A model generated the notes under the pieces. That model worked only from the letters and a program-made list of their open reading frames with translations, did not search any database and was not told the DNA's origin. 64,000 bases of DNA from Octopus vulgaris (taxonomy: Eukaryota), in assembly GCA_951406725.2 (NCBI GenBank), contig OX597815.1, forward strand, positions 10,664,001 through 10,728,000, written 5' to 3'. Position 1 is the first letter of the stretch. Each line of letters opens with the position of its first letter. The position numbers and the translations under genes are program-made. Below are positions 54,907 through 64,000 of the stretch, piece by piece.

Positions 54907-55093
54907 GATAGCCTTGTGAAACACCTAAAAGAAGAAAAACAAAGTCTTCAAGATGAAGTTATGAGACTCAAGGAAGAGCTGTTCCGCTACCGCCACCTAG
55001 TAGCCAATAGTCAAAACAGTTCTATCAATTCGGACGCCTTTTCTATTTGTTCTTCATTTCACGGTGACAATTTAGTCCTTCATAAGCAGATCG
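54907..55093 (+). CDS. Gene 2 coiled-coil exon
   Basis: Acceptor ctctgctcttttgatag, phase 0; DSLVKHLKEEKQSLQDEVMRLKEELFRYRHL...LHKQI; donor G|GTTGGT, phase 1. Confidence 0.8.
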
Positions 55094-55140
55094 GTTGGTT
55101 TATTTTGTTATTTTGTTTTATCTAATGACATATTTTCATT

Positions 55141-55702
55141 ATTTCGTTTTTGGATTTGGTTTGCAAGATTCTTTTATATGAGTTCGTGTGTTGAAGCATA
55201 TTCTGTTGTCTCTGGGGAGAGTCATTTTCTTTTTGTGCCTTATATAACACACTCACTGGTAAAATTTCCACTTATTTCTTATTTTTATTTTCCTAAAATT
55301 TTCGTTGCGTCTTGCAACCTTTTCAATAGTCTTGACTCTGTCCGTTATTTACACTGCATTCCTTTTTGTTTGTTTGTGCTCATGTGTGTGTTTGTGCGCA
55401 TGTGTGTGGGTCAGTGTGTGTGTGTGTGCCTATACATACATACATACGTACATGCATGCATGTATACGCACACACACACACACACACACTAACATACACA
55501 CACTGACCCACACACATGCACACAAACAAACAAAAGGGAACGCAATGTTAATAACGGGCAGAGTCAAAACTATTAAAAGGTTGCAAGACGCAACGAAAAT
55601 TTCAGGACAATAAAAATAAGAAATAAGTGGAAATTTTACCGATGCGTGTGTGTTAAATTATAAGGCACAAAAAGAAAATGACTCTCCCCAGACACAACAG
55701 AA
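55141..55702. mobile_element. Foldback repeat family P1 with microsatellite-filled centre
   Basis: Inverted arms ~55200-55400 and ~55505-55703; flanking ATATTTTCAT direct repeats. Confidence 0.8.
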
Positions 55703-56296
55703 TATTTTCATCAATGACTAACATAGATGCAAAGGCACAGATTTGTTGGAAGGGAATAGTCTCTTAAATCGGCTTCAGTACTTGATTGGTATTTTATCGA
55801 CCAAGCAACACTGCATTTATAAAACCTCGAGAAGAAAATCGGATCTCATAAACGAAGTATTGCACTTTTGACATACTAGTATTTCGTCAGCTTTTATAGA
55901 AAGGATTACTCACTATTGATCAAACTGCTTAAACATATCGCTTTATCGACTGAAAAGAAGCATAGTGAAATTAAGGAAACCGTTTATGATAATCCTGTTA
56001 GGTATTCTAAGGATTAGAATCGATTGTTTATGCAGCAAATAGGTTTAAATATGCTACTTGTTTTCTTTCATATCCAGCTTAGTTCGTATTAAAGGTTATA
56101 TTTTATGACTTATGAAATTTCCCTGGATACCTATCCTTTAATCAGTTAGTTTCACATAGCAAATATACGGAAAATATCTCGGGAAATAACGCGTGTGAAA
56201 GCCATGGATTAAGCTAAAACCCACACGTTCATATACACGATATTCCCTAATATAACAGTGCAACGAATGACAGTATTCATTAAACCCACAAGTTTG

Positions 56297-56353
<57 letters not shown>

Positions 56354-56860
56354 CGGGAAGGTTTACGAAAATAAACAAAAGACGAAGGCAGGTGGAGTAC
56401 AAACAAACAAATGTATTAGTAATACATAGGAATAGAAATAGAACAAGTCTTTTACGTTTCGAGCCTACGCTCTTCGACAGAAAGATACACAGAATATATA
56501 TATATATATATATTCTGTGTATCTTTCTGTCGAAAGTGTGTGGGGGTACCAGAATTTTCGACTCGAGTCAAGTATAATAAACTACTCCAAATCGTGGTTA
56601 GAGTTTCCGCATATGTGGAGTTTAAATCTGGCAAGTCGTATAAGTTGGAATACTCAAGTGAACTAAATAATGACATTTTGAAATGCTTTAACTGAAGAGG
56701 GTTTACTTAATGGATGCATATCCTATTATATATTACACAAGCCTGAAGCGGACGCATTAAATTATTGCAAAATATTACTATTTGGTTTTTCATTGTACAA
56801 TTTATATATGAATGTGTGTATAAATATGTGTACATACTTACATACATATATACATACATG

Positions 56861-56909
<49 letters not shown>

Positions 56910-57083
56910 ATGATTGCTTCATCTTGACAGATGATAGCCGTTGCATCAGCACACACAGCACAATCTCTACGTTGATGATTTTAAGACCAGCTGCTGACTG
57001 ATTGGGTTTAAGACGCAAGTGACATATTATCCAAGTTTCTTTTACATTGTTGCTCTTTGGAATCTAATTCTGAAGGAATGCTT

Positions 57084-57158
<75 letters not shown>

Positions 57159-57169
57159 GTATATATATA

Positions 57170-57546
57170 GTTAATCCAAACAAGAAAACACAAAAAAACA
57201 ACGCGAGGACGTGGAACAAATAAACTATTATTGGACGCTCAGGAAAGAAGGGAAGAAGGAGGGTTTAACGTTTCGAGCGGAGCTCTTCGTCGGAAACATA
57301 GGAGAAGGAAAGATCCCGAGAAGGGAAGACAGAGGGAAAAAAATCGCCAACGGTACTCACGAGGTCACATATTGAAAGACCGGAAGTAGAAAGATGGAAG
57401 AATAATGTTTTTTTAAAGACAGGAGAGTTTTCAAAGACAGTAGGTATTATGTCAAAGACAAGGAAAGTGAGAGGGGGAATGTGTGTGGATGTGTGCGTGC
57501 GCGGAGGTCTGCGTGTGCGCGTGTGTGTGTATGTGTGCAATGATGA

Positions 57547-57588
<42 letters not shown>

Positions 57589-57900
57589 TATGGCGAACAA
57601 CTGGCTAGTAGCTGGCCAGTTTGTAAGAATAAGGAGTGGTGTTTTTTGTGTCCAGCCACAGGTCAAAACAAAGAGGTATGTGTGTGTGCGTGTATATATT
57701 TTTGTGTGCAAGGTTTCTCTAAAATTCGGCATTATTAACTTTAATAATGAAATTAATGCTAATGGCGAAACTTGAGTTGACGATAACGAAATCGAGACTG
57801 ACGATAATGAAAGTGAGGCTAGGTCTGACGAGACTGAAACTAATGTCGACGAAGTTGACAATGTCGAATTTAAGAAAGGTAAAACCTTTTGTGTTTGTGT
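57170..57900 (-). mobile_element. Degenerate Penelope-like remnant with a hammerhead motif near its 3' end
   Basis: Minus ORF 57265-57966 has LHTKIYTRTHTYL, weakly like the PLE thumb motif Y.K.T....YL; hammerhead fold at 57263-57297. Confidence 0.55.
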
Positions 57901-57968
57901 GTGTGTGTGTGTGTGTGTGCTACAGGTACTACTTTTACGTTGTCTAATTCTTTGTTCTCTCCCCATAG

Positions 57969-58162
57969 CCGATCTTCAGCAACAAGTGATCCACTTGCAA
58001 GAAACCAATCTAGTCACCTCCGGCCAACTGACCAAAGCTCTACGAGATATCAACAGTTTTCAGACCCAAACGCATAAGATAACAGATCTGGAGAGAGTAC
58101 AAGATGCGAGAGGTCATCTTGAGCAGGCAAGAGATAATTATTTTTATTCTCTTCAATCTTGA
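57969..58162 (+). CDS. Gene 2 last identified exon (~604-aa uncharacterised polyQ/coiled-coil protein if the stop at 58160-58162 is used)
   Basis: Acceptor ttgttctctccccatag, phase 1; ADLQQQVIHLQETNLVTSGQLTKALRDINSFQ...; the six exons total 1815 nt in frame. Possible GC donor after 58126. Confidence 0.72.
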
Positions 58163-58446
58163 ATATAATTTTGCAGCATGCGTATCTTCCTTACGTTGCC
58201 ATCGCTATTTCTGTCAAGTGACATTGTAGGTGTCAGATTTTACTAAACTCTATTCATTAGGCTATATTATATTATCCACATTAGTTTATGTTCTTTATCA
58301 CGGAGCAGTTACATCATTCATCACTAAAAACATGTGGAGTTTTCAAATATGAATATACGCATACACATATACATACGTGCACACACGCGTGCGCATAAAA
58401 TATATATATATATATAAACATATATATATATATAAATAAATGCATA

Positions 58447-58540
<94 letters not shown>

Positions 58541-58630
58541 TCCGGGTTGATTCGGGTTAACCACATATATATATATAGCAGAGTAAAATTAATTTATTAT
58601 ATAGTTCTATATATATATACATATATATCC

Positions 58631-58797
<167 letters not shown>

Positions 58798-58914
58798 GCA
58801 TAGATAATAGACCTGCAAGTGCTTCCCATGACATAATTCATTCAAAATATATAAATAACATTTATTACAAAGTGCTCCATCAATAATTCGAATATTTAAG
58901 ATATTAGTTATACA

Positions 58915-58961
<47 letters not shown>

Positions 58962-58974
58962 TATAATATAAATA

Positions 58975-59013
<39 letters not shown>

Positions 59014-59111
59014 CAACAATTGAGGGTAAAATTAATTAATTAATCAATTTCACCAAGTATTCAGTATACAAAGGGACCATTTAAGGCGAATTCAAATTAT
59101 TACATTATATA

Positions 59112-59377
59112 AAAGGGCTTAGTAAAATAAATTACTTTGCCGCATACTGAACTCATTAGAAATAGCAGCTAAAAAACTTTTTCAAAAACTATTTCCAATA
59201 CTTAAAGAAAACCACTCTCATATAGTGTTTGCTCAATTCAACTCAACTGTTTGAATTGAGCAAACACTATATGAGAGAGGTTTTCTTTAAGTATTGGAAA
59301 TAGTTTTGAAAAAGTTTTTTAGCTGCTATTTCTAATGAGTTCAGTATGCGGCAAAAATTTATTTTACTAAGCCCTTT

Positions 59378-59378
<1 letters not shown>
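59112..59378. repeat. Near-perfect ~130-bp inverted repeat (foldback element)
   Basis: AAAGGGCTTAGTAAAATAA...GCTCAATTCAA and TTGAATTGAGC...TTATTTTACTAAGCCCTTT around a ~9-bp spacer. Confidence 0.9.
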
Positions 59379-59424
<46 letters not shown>

Positions 59425-59559
59425 GATGTAATATAATGCATGCATCCATGTGTGCGTATACACATACACCTTCACACATACACACACACACATACATACA
59501 CGCACGCACACATACACACAAATGCACAAACACTTGCACGCACACACACAACACATATG

Positions 59560-59998
59560 GGTGCAGGCGTAGGGTTGTGGTAAGAAGTTTGTTCCCCAAA
59601 CACATGGTTCCGCGTTCATTCCCTCTGCATGGGCCCATCGACCAGTGTAATAAATGTCATTTATAACATCGAGCCGACCAAATACTTGTGAACGGATTAG
59701 GTAGACGGAAACTGAAAGAAGCCCGTCATATTTGTGTACGTGTGTACGTGTGTGTGTGTATGTGTATGCGTGTGTTTGAGAGAGAGAGAGTGCGTGTGTG
59801 TATGTCTGTATATGTATGCGTGTGAGTGAGAGTGTGTGTGGGTGTGTGCGTGGTGTATGTGTGTGTGTGTGTGTGAGACCCCTGCCTGACAACCGGTGCT
59901 GGTTTGTTTACGTCCCCGCCCCTTAGTGGTTCAGCAAAAAAGACGGATAGAATAAGTACCAGGCTTTTTAAAAAAATAAGTACTGGGGTTGATTTGTC
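59560..59998 (+). mobile_element. SINE family C, old copy
   Basis: Similarity to 36920-37333 with an expanded internal TG tract. Confidence 0.78.
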
Positions 59999-60157
59999 TG
60001 TGTATGGGTTTTGTGACTATTTACTGTGTCTCTATGTATGGATGTGTGTCTCCATACGTGTCCTTGTGTGAAGTGATGTGTGTGTGTATATGGCCATGTG
60101 TTTCAGTCTTCCTTTGCGTATGTATGTGTGCTTTTCTGTTCATATTACCTATGTACC

Positions 60158-60574
60158 TATTTCATTATTACCCACAAGGGGTTAAACACAGAGGGGACAA
60201 ACAAGGACAGACAAACGGATTAAGTCAATTGCATCGACCCCAGTGCGTAACTGGTACATATTTAATCGACCCCGAAAGGATGAAAGGCAAAGTCGACCTC
60301 GGCGGAATTTGAACTCAGAACGTAACGGCAGACGAAATACCTATTTCTTTGCTACCCACAAGGGGCTAAACACAGAGAGGACAAACAAGGACAGACATAG
60401 GTATTAAGTCGATTATATCGACCTCAGTGCGTAACTGGTACTTAATTTATCGACCCCGAAAGGATGAAAGGCAAAGTCGACCTCGGCGGAATTTGAACTC
60501 AGAACGTAGCGGCAGACGAAATACCGCTAAGCATTTCGCCCGGTGTGCTAACGTTTCTGCCAGTTCGCCGCCTT
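60158..60574 (-). mobile_element. SINE family A dimer
   Basis: TSD ATATTACCTATGTACCTAT. Confidence 0.92.
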
Positions 60575-61411
60575 GATATTACCTATGTACCTATCTGTCT
60601 GCATGCCTATCTGTTCACATTCATATTCATCTGCCTACATACATGTGCATATACATATACGTATACATGCACACACACACACATCTGCATAGCAGCTGAC
60701 TAACTATTGTACCTGTATATAAATATAAACTGTAGGTATGGGGGTACGATTACCTACTGAGTATATTTCCTATTTAGTACTGGGGATGTTTCATTTGTGA
60801 GGAGGTACTCCTGTATTTGTCTGAGGGTTGGGTCCTTTGGGTGCTTAGATATAATGCGGATGTCAACTTGACCCAGGTTGCCTCCATGTTGGTCCTTGGC
60901 ATGTTGATAGCGCACGGAGGACTGTTTTCTGTTGTCATGTTGAACGCAGCTCGGATAATGGACTGAGTCAATCACTATTGAAAGGTTGCAAGACGTAACG
61001 AAAATTTTAGGAAAAAATTTAGGAAAAATGAATAAGTAAATGAATAAACTCTACCGGTGAGTCTGAAAAGAGTAAGAAGCCAACTGTGGACAACTGGTTC
61101 AAAACCACCAGCTGCTATATTCAGATTACAAATCTACATTTATACAAATAATAATTGGAGCACTTGGTTTTGTAGGTAAATGCCTAACAGTCAGTCCGGA
61201 TAAGCTTGGATTTTCTGAAAATGAAATCAACCATTTGATTCGCACATAGCAAAATACAATCTGTAAGCGGAACAGTAATGCTATGAAAGACTTTCCTCAA
61301 GTTTAAAATGTCACATTGTTTTCGTTATCTACATTCCAAAGATGGAGCTTTGCATCTTTGTTAGAAACCAGCTCCTTCTTCAGACGAAAAATTCGAATAA
61401 TTATAGGCACA

Positions 61412-61523
<112 letters not shown>

Positions 61524-61680
61524 CACACACATGAAATTTCAGCTTCCTTTTGTCGCTGCTTTTGGTGCTTTTGTTTCTCTTTCTCCAATACAAGTATCGC
61601 CAGCGTTACAAAAGTATTGCATGCTTGAAAATCTTGTAACGTAGCGTTCTATCAATCGAAATACCTTCATTGACCTTTAT

Positions 61681-62066
61681 GGGAGCACTCCGTCGGTTAC
61701 GACAACGAGGGTTCCGGTTGATCCGATCAACGGAACAGCCTGCTCGTGAAATTAACGTGTAAGTGGCTGAGCACTCCACAGACACGTGTACCCTTAACGT
61801 AGTTCTCGGGGATATTCAGCGTGACACAGAGAGTGACAAGGCCGGCCCTTTGAAATACAAGGTACAACAGAAACAGGAAGGAAGAGTGAGAGAAAGTTGT
61901 GGTGAAAGAGTACAGCAGGGATCACCACCATCCCCTGCCGGAGCCTCGTAGAGCTTTTAGGTGTTTTCGCTCAATAAACACTCACAACGCCCGGTCTGGG
62001 AATCGAAACCGCGATCCTACGACCGCGAGTCCGCTGCCCAAACCACTGGGTCATTGCACCTCCACT
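61681..62066 (-). mobile_element. SINE family B, full length
   Basis: TSD TTGACCTTTAT. Confidence 0.92.
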
Positions 62067-62369
62067 TTGACCTTTATATAGTCTGGAAGTCAATGATAAA
62101 ATAGGATTCGCATTACAAAACTCTACCTTACGCTAAGATTTTCTTGGGCACAAGGCTCCGTAACTGAGTGGCCCTGTTTACACACGCGCACACGTCATGC
62201 GTGTATTCTTTCATTCGAAGCTTAGGCTTCACTCGGTCACTTCTTTGGGTTTCTCGTTTCCATTTTCACACCCACATTCGTTACATATTAAATGTATGTG
62301 AACGAAAGTAGAAAGACCTAAGTTGCAATGGAATAGATTCATATTCTAATGAATAAATACACTGTGTTA

Positions 62370-62667
62370 CCACTTGCAGCGTGGAAGGTGTTTATAAGCC
62401 ATTTAAGAAACACACAAAAGCCGTTCGATTCACTTCAACATTTAAGTTTAATTTGTCAAAATATTTTCGTCGCTTTAAGACCGCGACCTGTTCACTGACA
62501 AAAATCCGTGCTGCATCTTGACAAATTAAACTTAAATGTTGAAGTGAATCGAACGGCTTTTGTGTGTTTCTTAAATGGCTTACAAACACCTTCCACGCTG
62601 CAATTGTTTTCGTTTCAGCACACGATCTCAGATCAAATCACTTGCTATGCAAGTACATCTCCGTAAA
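62370..62667. mobile_element. Foldback repeat family P2 (Penelope-like end structure) carrying a hammerhead
   Basis: ~85-bp inverted arms; 11-bp TSD ACACTGTGTTA at 62359-62369 and 62668-62678. Confidence 0.82.
62452..62502 (-). ncRNA. Minimal type I hammerhead ribozyme variant (G3-C8)
   Basis: Stem I UUUGUCA/UGACAAA, core GUGAACA, extra G, stem II GUCGC/GCGAC, GAA, palindromic stem III AAUAUU, triplet UUU. Confidence 0.68.
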
Positions 62668-62860
62668 ACACTGTGTTATGTTTGTTGAGAAAATTTAATA
62701 GAAATTATTTGAGACGCTGTCACAATAGAAAAAAAAACGTGATGCAGCAGAATAAACATATAGTGTACATTTCGAGGTTTTAAAGGGTGACCTTCAGACC
62801 AACTCTGTTAAAACATTTAATATCCTGAATAGGTTAAAAATTATAATTTCAAGATATAAA

Positions 62861-63195
62861 TCTATATATATAAAGCTGAAGTTGTCTGTGTGTGTGTGGC
62901 AGGTTTGGTAGCTTTCAACTAACACTCTCTCCTCTGAGACTCTGTAGCGCAATTTGACCAAAATTGAAAGTACGATAGAAGAATGCTTGCTCTTCATTGT
63001 TAAGACCGAAAATTATTTACATCAAAAAGGTGCTTTTTTTCTATGAAAATCTCTATTTTTTACGATTTTTTGACTGCTGTGTTGCCATTTTTCGGTGTAT
63101 TTCAACCAGCTATATAATGCAAAATTTTTACTTTTCAAAACTTCCAATTCTAAAGGGTCGAAACAAACCCGAGCAACGCCGGGTTACACTGTTAG
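62861..63195 (+). mobile_element. Non-autonomous Helitron
   Basis: Starts A|TCTATATATATAAAG, has the same CCCGAGCAACGCCGGG hairpin (~63168-63183) as 1832-2221, ends TTAG|T. Confidence 0.72.
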
Positions 63196-63785
63196 TATTA
63201 AGATAAAGATGAGATACACCGTATATGATTATACTTAAAGACCTATAAATGGAGTTAGTATAAGTTCATTGGTATTTTAAATACTCAGATATAAAACGCC
63301 AATGGAGAAATTACTGCTTTGAAGAAAGTTCAAATCCGCCTCCGCAAACGAAATGCCATGCAAAGAGATCTATAGAAACTATTCAACAAACAAATATAGA
63401 AACAAATTAACGGACCCAACCACAGAACAACGCAGCGAATAAATTCAACTCAAAACCTATTAAAATACAGAAACGACAAATAAAGCATGTTACTTGAACA
63501 AATACAATCTTGTCATGGCACTATGTGAATATTTTATCAAAAGGTTACAGAGGAAAACAAAATGTATTGCGCTTAGACATGAAAACACAAACATTGAAAA
63601 CTTCCTTATTAAAATGACAACCCACATTCCTGCAAATCTGTGAATATGCAGCAAATGATCTATGAATTTAATAAATTTGATTACAGACGAGAAAGCTATA
63701 ACACTTTGCCGTCCAAATGTGACAAGAATCAAGCGCAACAATGAATCCGATAAAAATAAACGAATAATTAAAAATACAAACAGTT

Positions 63786-64000
63786 AGTGGCAAGCTGGCA
63801 GAGACATTAGTATGCCGGGCGAAGTGCTTCGCGGTATTTCGCCCGTCGCTACGTTCTGAGTTCAAATTCCGCCGAGGTCGACTTTGCCTTTCATCCTTTC
63901 GGGGTCGATAAGTTAAGTACCTATTTCTTTATTACCCACAAGGGGCTAAACATAGATGGGGACAAACAAGGACAGACATAGGTATTAAGTCGATTACATC
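63786..64000. mobile_element. SINE family A with an internal orientation switch
   Basis: Plus-strand head and body to ~63920, then a minus-strand body unit running off the window. Confidence 0.85.

Noticed and set aside
57777-57879. Acidic in-frame stretch (DDNEIETDDNESE...) ending at a GTAAAA donor, as an extra gene 2 exon
   Set aside because: No pyrimidine-rich acceptor, an in-frame stop just upstream, and it overlaps a probable Penelope-like remnant.

Overview
AT-rich animal genomic DNA, most likely a coleoid cephalopod (octopus-type); this is inferred from the SINE families and the very high microsatellite load. Almost all long ORFs in the track are microsatellite or SINE artefacts. Real content: (1) two spliced + strand gene models with phase-consistent GT-AG junctions, a 145-aa protein with a weak CBM48/AMPK-beta glycogen-binding-like pattern (21701-26713) and a ~604-aa low-complexity/polyQ/coiled-coil protein (34370-58162); (2) LINE remnants (a long intact CR1/L2-group RT ORF, R4/Dong-like, Tx1/L1-like, Penelope-like); (3) several tRNA-derived SINE families that swap heads and tails, one forming precise ~184-bp head-to-tail multimers; (4) non-autonomous Helitrons and a hAT-type MITE; (5) a full-length 5S rRNA copy fused to a retroposon-like tail. 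The most striking signal is a set of six unrelated short repeats, mostly foldback and Penelope-associated, each folding into a minimal type I hammerhead ribozyme. Across them the core 3-8 pair appears as C-G, G-C and U-A. All structures were read by eye; no searches were run.
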